From the NCBI GenBank assembly GCA_964016885.1, contig OZ024749.1:6758001-6822000 (forward strand): a stretch of DNA of 64,000 bases. The letters run 5' to 3'. Below, piece by piece: positions 53,111-64,000 of this stretch (positions are counted from its first letter, which is position 1; each line of letters begins with the position of its first letter). This DNA comes from Eledone cirrhosa (taxonomy: Eukaryota). The notes under the pieces were generated by a model that saw only the letters and a list, made by a program, of their open reading frames with translations, did no database searches and was not told the origin of the DNA. The translations under genes and the position numbers were made by a program.

Positions 53111-56100
53111 TGGCCTCTCACTGTTCCCCAGTATGTAGGGGTAACAATGCAACTGGGCTGGCCTCACTGTTGCCCAGTATGTAGGGGTAACAATGCAACT
53201 GGGCTGGCCTCACTGTTCCCCAGTATGTAGGGGTAACAATGCAACTGGGCTGGCCTCACTGTTACCCAGCATGTAGGGATAACAATGCAACTGGGCTGGC
53301 CTCACTGTTGCCCAGTATGTAGGGGTAACAATGCAACTGGGCTGGCCTCACTGTTCCCCAGTATGTAGGGGTAACAATGCAACTGGGCTGGCCTCACTGT
53401 TACCCAGCATGTAGGGATAACAATGCAACTGGGCTGGCCTCACTGTTGCCCAGTATGTAGGGGTAACAATGCAACTGGGCTGGCCTCACTGTTCCCCAGT
53501 ATGTAGGGGTAACAATGCAACTGGGCTGGCCTCACTGTTACCCAGCATGTAGGGATAACAATGCAACTGGGCTGGCCTCACTGTTACCCAGCATGTAGGG
53601 ATAAAAATGCAACTGTCTGGCCTCACTGTTACCCAGTATGTAGGGATAACAATGCAACTGGGATGGCCTCACTGTTCCCCAGTATGTAGGGATAACAATG
53701 TAACTGGGCTGGCCTCACTGCTCCCCAGTATGTAGGGATAACAATGCAACTGGGCTGGCCTCACTGTTACCCAGCATGTAGGGATAACAATGTAACTGGG
53801 ATGGCCTCACTGTTACCCAGTATGTAGGGATAACAATGCAACTGGGATGGCCTCACTGTTCCCCAGTATGTAGGGATAACAATGCAACTGGGATGGCCTC
53901 ACTATTACCCAATATGTAGGGATAACAATGCAACTGGGCTGGCCTCACTGTTACCCAGTATGTAGGGATAACAATGCAACTGGGATGGCCTCACTGTTCC
54001 CCAGTATGTAGGGATAACAATGCAACTGGGATGGCCTCACTATTACCCAATATGTAGGGATAACAATGCAACTGGGCTGGCCTCACTGTTACCCAGTATG
54101 TAGGGATAACAATGCAACTGGGATGGCCTCACTGTTCCCCAGTATGTAGGGATAACAATGTAACTGGGATGGCCTCACTGTTACCCAGTATGTAGGGATA
54201 ACAATGCAACTGGGATGGCCTCACTGTTCCCCAGTATGTAGGGATAACAATGCAACTGGGCTGGCCTCACTGTTACCCAGTATGTAGGGATAACAACGCA
54301 ACTGGGATGGCCTCACTGTTACCCAGTATGTAGGGATAACAATGCAACTGGGCTGGCCTCACTGTTCCCCAGTATGTAGGGGTAACAATGCAACTGGGAT
54401 GGCTTCACTGTTACCCAGTATGTAGGGATAACAATGTAACTGGGCTGGCCTCACTGCTCCCCAGTATGTAGGGATAACAATGCAACTGGGCTGGCCTCAC
54501 TGTTACCCAGTATGTAGGGATAACAATGTAACTGGGCTGGCCTCACTGTTACCCAGTATGTAGGGATAACAATGTAACTGGGATGGCCCCACTGTTCCCC
54601 AGTATGTAGGTATAACAATGTAACTGGGCTGGCCTCACTGTTACCTAGTATGTAGGGATAACAATGTAACTGGGCTGGCCTCACTGTTACCCAGTATGTA
54701 GGGATAACAATGCAACTGGGCTGGCCTCACTGTTACCCAGTATGTAGGGATAACAATGCAACTGGGCTGGCCTCACTGTTCCCCAGTATGTAGGGATAAC
54801 AATGTAACTGGGATGGCCTCACTGTTACCCAGTATGTAGGGATAACAATGCAACTGGGCTGGCCTCACTGTTCCCCAGTATGTAGGGGTAACAATGCAAC
54901 TGGGATGGCCTCACTGTTCCCCAGTATGTAGGGATAACAATGCAACTGGGCTGGCCTCACTGTTCCCCAGTATGTAGGGATAACAATGTAACTGGGCTGG
55001 CCTCACTGCTCCCCAGTATGTAGGGATAACAATGCAACTGGGCTGGCCTCACTGTTCCCCAGTATGTAGGGATAACAATGTAACTGGGCTGGCCTCACTG
55101 CTCCCCAGTATGTAGGGATAACAATGCAACTGTCTGGCCTCACTGTTCCCCAGTATGTAGGGATAACAATGCAACTGGGCTGGCCTCACTGTTCCCCAGT
55201 ATGTAGGGATAACAATGCAACTGGGCTGGCCTCACTGTTCCCCAGTATGTAGGGGTAACAATGCAACTGGGCTGGCCTCACTGTTCCCCAGTATGTAGGG
55301 GTAACAATGCAACTGGGATGGCCTCACTGTTCCCCAGTATGTAGGGATAAAAATGCAACTGTCTGGCCTCACTGTTACCCAGTATGTAGGGATAACAATG
55401 CAACTGGGATGGCCTCACTGTTACCCAGTATGTAGGGATAACAATGTAACTGGGATGGCCTCACTGTTACCCAGTATGTAGGGATAACAATGCAACTGGG
55501 ATGGCCTCACTGTTCCCCAGTATGTAGGGATAACAATGTAACTGGGATGGCCTCACTGTTACCCAGTATGTAGGGGTAACAATGCAACTGGGCTGGCCTC
55601 ACTGTTACCCAGTATGTAGGGATAACAATGCAACTGGGCTGGCCTCACTGTTACCCAGTATGTAGGGATAACAACGCAACTGGGATGGCCTCACTGTTAC
55701 CCAGTATGTAGGGATAACAATGCAACTGGGCTGGCCTCACTGTTCCCCAGTATGTAGGGGTAACAATGCAACTGGGATGGCTTCACTGTTCCCCAGTATG
55801 TAGGGATAACAATGCAACTGGGATGGCCTCACTGTTACCCAGTATGTAGGGATAACAATGCAACTGGGCTGGCCTCACTGTTACCCAGTATGTAGGGATA
55901 ACAATGCAACTGGGATGGCCTCACTGTTACCCAGTATGTAGGGATAACAATGCAACTGGGATGGCCTCACTGCTCCCCAGTATGTAGGGATAACAATGCA
56001 ACTGGGCTGGCCTCACTGTTACCCAGTATGTAGGGATAACAATGCAACTGGGATGGCCTCACTGTTACCCAGCATGTAGGGATAACAATGCAACTGGGCT

Positions 56101-58193
56101 GGCCTCACTGTTACCCAGTATGTAGGGATAACAATGCAACTGGGATGGCCTCACTGTTCCCCAGTATGTAGGGATAACAATGCAACTGGGATGGCCTCAC
56201 TGTTCCCCAGTATGTAGGGATAACAATGCAACTGGGATGGCCTCACTGTTACCCAGTATGTAGGCGTAACAATGCAACTGGGATGGCCTCACTGTTACCC
56301 AGTATGTAGGGATAACAATGCAACTGGGCTGGCCTCACTGTTCCCCAGTATGTAGGGATAACAATATAACTGGGATGGCCTCACTGTTTCCCAGTATGTA
56401 GGGATAACAATGCAACTGGGATGGCCCCACTGTTCCCCAGTATGTAGGGGTAACAATGCAACTGGGCTGGCCTCACTGTTCCCCAGTATGTAGGGATAAC
56501 AACGCAACTGGGCTGGCCTCACTGTTCCCCAGTATGTAGGGATAACAATGCAACTGGGATGGCCTCACTGTTACCCAGCATGTAGGGATAACAATGCAAC
56601 TGGGCTGGCCTCACTGTTACCCAGTATGTAGGGATAACAATGCAACTGGGCTGGCCTCACTGTTCCCCAGTATGTAGGGATAGCAATGTAACTGGGATGG
56701 CCTCACTGTTCCCCAGTATGTAGGGATAACAATGCAACTGGGATGGCCTCACTGTTCCCCAGTATGTAGGGATAAGAATGCAACTGGGATGGCCTCACTG
56801 TTTCCCAGTATGTAGGGATAACAATGCAACTGGGATGGCCTCACTGTTCCCCAGTGTGTAGGGGTAACAATGCAACTGGGATGGCCTCACTGTTCCCCAG
56901 TATGTAGGGATAACAATGCAACTGGGATGGCCTCACTGTTCCCCAGTATGTAGGGATAACAATGCAACTGGGATGGCCTCACTGTTTCCCAGTATGTAGG
57001 GATAACAATGCAACTGGGATGGCCTCACTGTTCCCCAGTGTGTAGGGGTAACAATGCAACTGGGCTGGCCTCACTGTTCTCCAGTATGTAGGGATAACAA
57101 TGCAACTGGGCTGGCCTCACTGTTCCCCAGTATGTAGGGGTAACAATGCAACTGGGCTGGCCTCACTGTTCCCCAGTATGTAGGGGTAACAATGCAACTG
57201 GGCTGGCCTCACTGTTCCCCAGTATGTAGGGATAACAATGCAACTGGGATGGCCTCACTGTTCCCCAGTATGTAGGGATAACAATGCAACTGTCTGGCCT
57301 CACTGTTACCCAGTATGTAGGGATAACAATGTAACTGGGATGGCCTCACTGTTCCCCAGTATGTAGGGATAACAATGCAACTGGGATGGCCTCACTGTTC
57401 CCCAGTGTGTAGGGGTAACAATGCAACTGGGATGGCCTCACTGTTCCCCAGTATGTAAGGATAACAATGCAACTGGGATGGCCTCACTGTTCCCCAGTAT
57501 GTAGGGATAACAATGCAACTGGGATGGCCTCACTGTTTCCCAGTATGTAGGGATAACAATGCAACTGGGATGGCCTCACTGTTCCCCAGTGTGTAGGGGT
57601 AACAATGCAACTGGGCTGGCCTCACTGTTCTCCAGTATGTAGGGATAACAATGCAACTGGGCTGGCCTCACTGTTCCCCAGTATGTAGGGGTAACAATGC
57701 AACTGGGCTGGCCTCACTGTTCCCCAGTATGTAGGGGTAACAATGCAACTGGGCTGGCCTCACTGTTCCCCAGTATGTAGGGATAACAATGCAACTGGGA
57801 TGGCCTCACTGTTCCCCAGTATGTAGGGATAACAATGCAACTGTCTGGCCTCACTGTTACCCAGTATGTAGGGATAACAATGTAACTGGGATGGCCTCAC
57901 TGTTCCCCAGTATGTAGGGATAACAATGCAACTGGGATGGCCTCACTGTTCCCCAGTGTGTAGGGGTAACAATGCAACTGGGATGGCCTCACTGTTCCCC
58001 AGTATGTAGGGATAACAATGCAACTGGGATGGCCTCACTGTTACCCAATATGTAGGGATAACAATGCAACTGTCTGGCCTCACTGTTACCCAGTATGTAG
58101 GGATAACAATGTAACTGGGATGGCCTCACTGTTCCCCAGTATGTAGGGATAACAATGCAACTGGGATAGCCTCACTGTTGCCCAGTATGCAGG
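53111..58193. repeat. 46-bp minisatellite, ~110 units (~5.1 kb)
   Basis: Unit tggcctcactgtt(a/c)cccagtatgtaggg(a/g)taacaatg(c/t)aactggg(a/c); starts 46 bp apart (53161, 53207); no spacers. Confidence 0.97.
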
Positions 58194-58270
58194 GCATATA
58201 GGACTCGTATAGAACTATCTGGCAGGTTTTCTATGACTGAATGCCCTTCCTAATACCTACCACATTTACA

Positions 58271-58322
<52 letters not shown>

Positions 58323-59178
58323 CCCATGCTAGAGTGTGGAAAATGGACTATTTTAAGTATAAGTGTGCACTCTGCTTTCCTTTAGGTTGGTATCTTATTA
58401 AAGTATTGAATGAGTGGGAAAATGAGCGAAGATATTTTGGTCCTTAACTTTGCCTTTCATAAAATAAAACACCAGTAATGCACTGGGGTAATTGCTGGCC
58501 TTGTGCCAATAGTAGACACATTATTATTATGGTGAATTGGCAGTATCGGCGGAGGATCAGACACCATTCTTTCCAACTTAGTTACGTCCCTTTACAGTCT
58601 GACTTTAAATCCTGTTGAGGTTAACTTTGCCTTTCATCCTTACGGGGTCGATAAAATAAATTACCAGTAATGTACTGGGTAATTGCTAGCCTTGTGCCAA
58701 AAGTAGAAACAATTATTATATATATTTTTATATATATATATATACAGAAGTAGCTATGACATCATCACAGCTTATAACATTTATAGAGAGACTTGTATAT
58801 GTTTATTATACATAAATATATTGTATATACATAAATATATTTTATATGAATACAGCTCTGTTAGTGGTACTGTTAATTAATCTGCTATGGAGAACCAAAC
58901 TATGAATCTATTGAATCTCAGCCAAGTGCACAAAACATTAAACTAGCCTTAAAGATGTTGGTGTTGCATAAGATTTAATATATTGGCTTAAATCCACAAA
59001 TTTGAGGGATTTTTATCACTTATGTTACGAAGAAAGGCAATGACCATGAAAGTTCTCAGGCATTAAAATACTGTTGTGAGGGGCGAGATGAAAGTATTGA
59101 AAGTGTTTACAAACAAAAGACTGACATGACCAGAATATTTGCAATAGATTCAACTCTGCTAAAGGCACCTCGGTATCA

Positions 59179-59936
59179 TATATTGATGTTAATCTAGGTG
59201 ACTGATTAAGTTTACGACTCATGAAGGTAATAAGGGAGATTTGAGCACAAAATCCCAAATACCAGAACAATTTTTGGGAGACACCCACAAGATTATCAAC
59301 CATCTTTCCTACAACAACCCTGAACACCTTTTTGAATTCCATGTGTCTAACATCCGTGGACAAGCTTAAAATAATAAGAAAACAGCACAGCTCCCATGAT
59401 TTTCAGAAATATTTTTTTTACACTCAGATTTGCTGAAGCATGGAACCAACTACCTGCAACAGTTGTTAGCTGTTGGGACACTGCATTCTTCAGAACTTCC
59501 ATGCTTCCTGAAATTCACCAACACTACACCTGATATTCCCCCTCCATACACACACACATGTATCTGTGTGTATATCATGACTCATACACTGTTCACTTTC
59601 CCGATATTTTTATATTATTTTATATACTATACATGCACCTTTGATGAGTTGTAGTGCACCTGAGCACTGTATACAACAATTTTCATTATTATTATTATTA
59701 TTATACCCGGTGGATTAACAGTATCGGTAGTGGGTCGGACGCCATGTTTTGCAGCAAAGAGTTACGGCCCTTTAACTTTGCCTTTCATCCTTACGGGATC
59801 GATAAAATAAGGTACCAGTGATGCACTGGGATAATTGCTGGCCTTGTGCCAAAAGTATAAACAATTATTATTATTATTATACCCTAACACATCCCTTTCT
59901 CAACACTTTTACAATTCCAACAGTCCACAGTACTGA
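59179..59936 (+). repeat. ~755-bp direct repeat, copy 1 (CR1 3' end + SINE C + unique flanks)
   Basis: Near-identical to 61114-61869. Confidence 0.92.
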
Positions 59937-60288
59937 ACTGGTCCTTTATTTATCAAATCTGAAAGAACGAAAGACATTTGATCTCAGTGGGATTTGAACT
60001 TCAAATTAATTCCCTGTTTAATTAATTAATCCTCCTTGATTGATTTCTCCATTACGTTGTGGACAATGTTATTCTATTCAATACTTTACATCATTAATGA
60101 CCTTAACAAAGTGAAATACAAAAGGCGATGAAAACAGAAAAAAGAGAAAACTTCTGATATTCCAAACTCGGTGTTGATTGTTACAAGGCAGCAGACATCT
60201 TGTCATTATACAGACAGCAGGCATTGATTGGTTGACTAATAAATACACTGATTGATTGGTTAAATCGATTGATTAATTAGCTACTTAC

Positions 60289-60417
60289 ATTATTCAGGGT
60301 CTCCATATCAGTATCCCTCTTCTTCATCAGATTCAATGTCCGCTCCCATCTCCCAATTAGTTCATGTCTTTCTAGATGACTGCGACGGAATTCCTCAGCA
60401 GTTTTATCCAAAGCAAT
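60289..60417 (-). CDS. CCDC39: Internal coding exon (129 bp, phase 0-0) of coiled-coil domain-containing protein 39 (axonemal ruler)
   Basis: The minus strand reads atttttatcacatAG|ATTGCTTTG...CTGAATAAT|GTAAGT with canonical splice sites. It encodes 43 open codons, IALDKTAEEFRRSHLERHELIGRWERTLNLMKKRDTDMETLNN, matching my recollection of vertebrate CCDC39 [40 protein letters not shown]. No other exon was identified in the window. Confidence 0.85.
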
Positions 60418-60493
60418 CTATGTGATAAAAATCATAAGGCATAAGTTTAAACAAAATACTTCACTAAATATTTTTATCATATATATATATATA

Positions 60494-60842
60494 TCATCAT
60501 CATTTTCATCATTTCATTTAAAGTCCACTTTTTCCCTGCTTGCAAGGGTGGGACGGGAACTGATTCTGGCTTGATTTCTACAGCTGGATGCCCTTCCTAA
60601 CACGAGCCTCATTTACAGAGGGGGCTGGGTGCTTTTTTGCCGTGGCCCCTCCACGACCACTTTACAGTGGAATGATAGGGACCCCAGTCCCTATCATCTC
60701 ATTTCTACAGCTGAGTAAAATGGACCAATGTGAAAATAAAGTGTCTTGCTCAAGGAAACAACACATCACCCGGTCTGAGAATTGAACTCACAACCTTTCG
60801 ATTGCAAGGCCAATGCTCTAACCACTAAGCCATGTGCCTCCA
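60494..60842 (-). mobile_element. SINE family A
   Basis: Near-identical to 13011-13347. Confidence 0.85.
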
Positions 60843-60849
60843 TATATAT

Positions 60850-60882
<33 letters not shown>

Positions 60883-60883
60883 G

Positions 60884-61067
60884 AAGTGGTAACACAACAG
60901 TTAGTTCACCATACCGAGAACAATTGTTTCACCTTAGCGGATCCTCAGCTCGTATTGGACATGGTTCTATGGGCTGTTCCATATAACTGTGACCATTACG
61001 AGCTGAGGATCCGTTAAGGTGAAACAGTTGTTCTCGGTATGGTGAACTAACTGTTGTGTTACCACTT
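60884..61067. repeat. 184-bp fold-back palindrome with a minimal hammerhead fold in each arm (- 60915-60952; + 60999-61036)
   Basis: CGAG CTGAGGA t CC g(c/t)taa GG t GAA ACA(A/G)TTGT T CTCG in both orientations. Confidence 0.85.
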
Positions 61068-61113
61068 GTACCTAACTCATCCCATGGACTGAGTGCTCTA
61101 CCACTACGAATAT

Positions 61114-61869
61114 TATATTGATGTTAATCCAGGTGACTGATTAAGTTTACCACTCATGAAGGTAATGAGGGAGATTTGAGCACAAAATCCCAAATACCAG
61201 AACAATTTTTGGGAGACACCCACAAGATTATCAACCATCTTTCCTACAACAACCCTGAACACCTTTTTGAATTCCATGTGTCTAACATCCGTTGAAAAGC
61301 TTAAAATAATAAGAAAACAGCACAGCTCCCATGATTTTCAGAAATATTTTTTTTACACTCAGAGTTGCTGAAGCATGGAACCAACTACCTGCAACAGTTG
61401 TTAGCTGTTGGGACACTGCATTCTTCAGAACTTCCATGCTTCCTGAAATTCACCAACACTACACCTGATATTCCCCCTCCATACACACACATGTATCTGT
61501 GTGTATATCATGACTCATACACTGTTCACTTTCCCGATATTTTTATATTATTTTATGTACTATACATGCACCTTTGATGAGTTGTAGTGCACCTGAACAC
61601 TGTATACAACAATTTTCATTATTATTATTATTATTATACCCGGTGGATTAATAGTATCGGTAGTTTGTCGGACGCCATGTTTTGCAGCAAAGAGTTACGG
61701 CCCTTTAACTTTGCCTTTCATCCTTACGGGATCGATAAAATAAGGTAGCAGTGATGCACTGAGATAATTGCTGGCCTTGTGCCAAAAGTATAAACAATTA
61801 TTATTATTATTATACCCTAACACATCCCTTTCTCAACACTTTTACAATTCCAACAGTCCACAGTACTGA
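61114..61869 (+). repeat. ~755-bp direct repeat, copy 2
   Basis: Offset ~1935 bp from copy 1. Confidence 0.92.
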
Positions 61870-61987
61870 TATATCAAGTGTTAAACTAATATATTTTTTT
61901 GTTGTTTCCATTTACGTTTTGCATAACCCCACCCCAAGTGCAACAAAACCGTCTAACCCATGGTAGCGTGGAAGATGGACGTTAAAC

Positions 61988-62019
<32 letters not shown>

Positions 62020-62107
62020 CATATGTAATTTCCTCCCTTTACTTGTTTCAATCAGACTGTAGACATGTTAAGATACAGTCTTGATTTAGACAAGACAGCT
62101 GGAATAT

Positions 62108-62155
62108 CATCATTATGACTAAAATCATCACCATCACCATCACCATCATCATCAC

Positions 62156-62189
<34 letters not shown>

Positions 62190-63450
62190 GCCATCACAAT
62201 CACCACTATCATCACCATCACAATCACCACCACCATCACTACCATCACCACCATCACCATCACAATCACCATCATCACCATCACCATTATCATCACCATC
62301 ATCACCATCATAATCACCACAATCACCATCACCATCACCATCATAATCACCACAATCACCATCACCATCACAATCACCACTACCATCACCATCACCATCA
62401 CAATCACCACCACCATCACCACCATCACCATCACAATCACCATCATCACCATCACCACTATCATCACCATCACTACCATCACCATCACCACCATCATCAC
62501 CATCACAATCACCATCACCATCATCACCGCCACTATCCCCATCATCAACATCATAATCCCATCTATCATCATCATCATCACCGTCATAATCACAGCTGAC
62601 CAGGTCCTACACAAGAAATATACCAATCATCACCATCAACACTGCCATGAACAACAGCATGAAAACCATCTTCACACCACCACCACCATCACTTCCACCA
62701 CTACCAACACCACCACCTCCACATTACCACCACTGCCATTGCCACCACCACCACTGGCATTTCTACCACAAACTCAACCACCATCACTACCATCATTACC
62801 ACCAACACCACCACCATCATCATCACCACCAACACCACCACCACTGCCATCACCACCACCACCGCCACCACTACTACTACTACCAGCCACCACCACCACC
62901 ACCACCACCACCACCACCACCACCATCTAATCTCTGATTTAATGAATGCATAAATTTTTCATGTTTAAAATATTTTTTGAATTAATTATAACATCTCTAA
63001 ATGTATAATTGTCTGAAAAATTGATATTAACAATGTCTTTATATATATTTGACATTTCTAAAGAGGGGGTGGCTGCGAGAGGGGGTAAGAGGGGTTGGGT
63101 GCGAGAGGGGGTAAGAGGGGGTGGGTGCGAGGGAGGGTGAGAGGGAGGGGGACGAGAAGGTTGAGGGTGGAAAGGGGTGATCAAGAGAGAGGAGTGAGAG
63201 AGAGAGAGAGAGAGGGTGAGTGAGAAAGAGAGAGAGAGGGGTCAGTGAAAGAGAGAGAGAGAGAATGAGAAGGGTGACCAAGAGAGAGAGAGAGGGGGTA
63301 GAATGAGAGCAGTGAGAGAGAGAAGGTAGAATGTGAGGGGTGAGAGGGGCAGGGGGGTAGAATGAGAGAGGTGAGGGGTGGGTTAGAATGGGAGCAGTGA
63401 GAGAGAAAGAGGAGAGAGGTGACAGGTGTGTGTTGGAGATAGGAGGGGTG
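62108..63450. repeat. (CAT/CAC)n tract followed by a (GA)/G-rich tract
   Basis: Direct reading. Confidence 0.85.
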
Positions 63451-63827
63451 TTGGATTAGCAATTATCAAGTACTATCTTCTTTGTATGATAATCTTCCAG
63501 ATTGTCAAAACCTTCTCCCGACAACAAAGCAACGGGGGAAGAAAACGGAAAAATGTAATAACAATACACATAACGTAAATTTGGGGAAATGCAAATAGAA
63601 ATTGTTCGACATAATGGTGTTTAAGTAAAGTAGTAATAATAATAATAATACTTTCTTTATTAACCACAAGGGTTTACATAAAGTAGACATTAAGGACAAT
63701 ACAGGACGGTACAAATGGGCATTTCTGCGTGTAAAAAACCAAAACAGAGGATGTAACAAAAAAATAACAATAATAGTAATAATAATAATATAATGGTGTT
63801 TAATTAAAGTAATAATAATAATGATTT

Positions 63828-64000
63828 AAGACTAGGAAGCTATTGACTATCTACAACATGTTCCACAAGAGGAGTGATGTCGATAGACTCTACTTAAGGA
63901 GATCTGAAGGTGGAAGAGGTCTTATCAGCATAGAGGACTGTGTTCAGATGGAGAAAAACAACCTACACAAATACGTGACTGACAGTAAGGTGCCAATGCC
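63828..64000 (+). mobile_element. 5'-truncated R4/Dong-like non-LTR retrotransposon, running off the window
   Basis: Open frame KTRKLLTIYNMFHKRSDVDRLYLRRSEGGRGLISIEDC (RLY..R..GGRGL motif), directly after (AAT)n. Confidence 0.7.

Noticed and set aside
53111-58193. CRISPR-like hairpin repeat, twister-like motif (TAACAATGC), or I-SceI-like site (TAGGGATAACA)
   Set aside because: Units are contiguous with no spacers and no cas genes. The twister catalytic GA and P2 pairing are not satisfied. Only 11 of the 18 I-SceI bases match.
60324-60330. CTGATGA on the minus strand as a hammerhead core
   Set aside because: There is no stem II or GAAA; it is coding sequence (Leu-Met-Lys) of the exon. Cores at 943(-), 7228(+) and 15305(-) also lack the rest of the fold.

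Overview
This is AT-rich, repeat-saturated animal genomic DNA. The SINE/LINE repertoire and microsatellite load suggest an octopus or another coleoid cephalopod (inference). The only host-gene sequence I can support is one 129-bp minus-strand coding exon (60289-60417) resembling CCDC39, which the ORF track missed, so most of the window is probably intron. The rest consists of: truncated LINEs (two PHD-finger RTE-type families, other RTE-like, CR1-like and R4/Dong-like fragments); two tRNA-headed SINE families; DNA transposon relics (DD37D/maT, mariner, a hAT MITE, a TTAA MITE, Helitrons); five minisatellite arrays, four visibly amplified from pieces of local mobile elements; and many microsatellites. 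Nearly all ORF-track entries are microsatellite translation artefacts. The main unannotated signal is a dense set of type I hammerhead-ribozyme folds (CUGAnGA...GAAA...NUH with sequence-distinct, base-paired stems). About ten are canonical or near-canonical and several more are decayed. Many sit in long fold-back palindromes or tandem pairs typical of Penelope-like element ends. Five unrelated versions share an unusual Y-U mismatch at the base of stem II. All folds were derived by eye; activity is untested.
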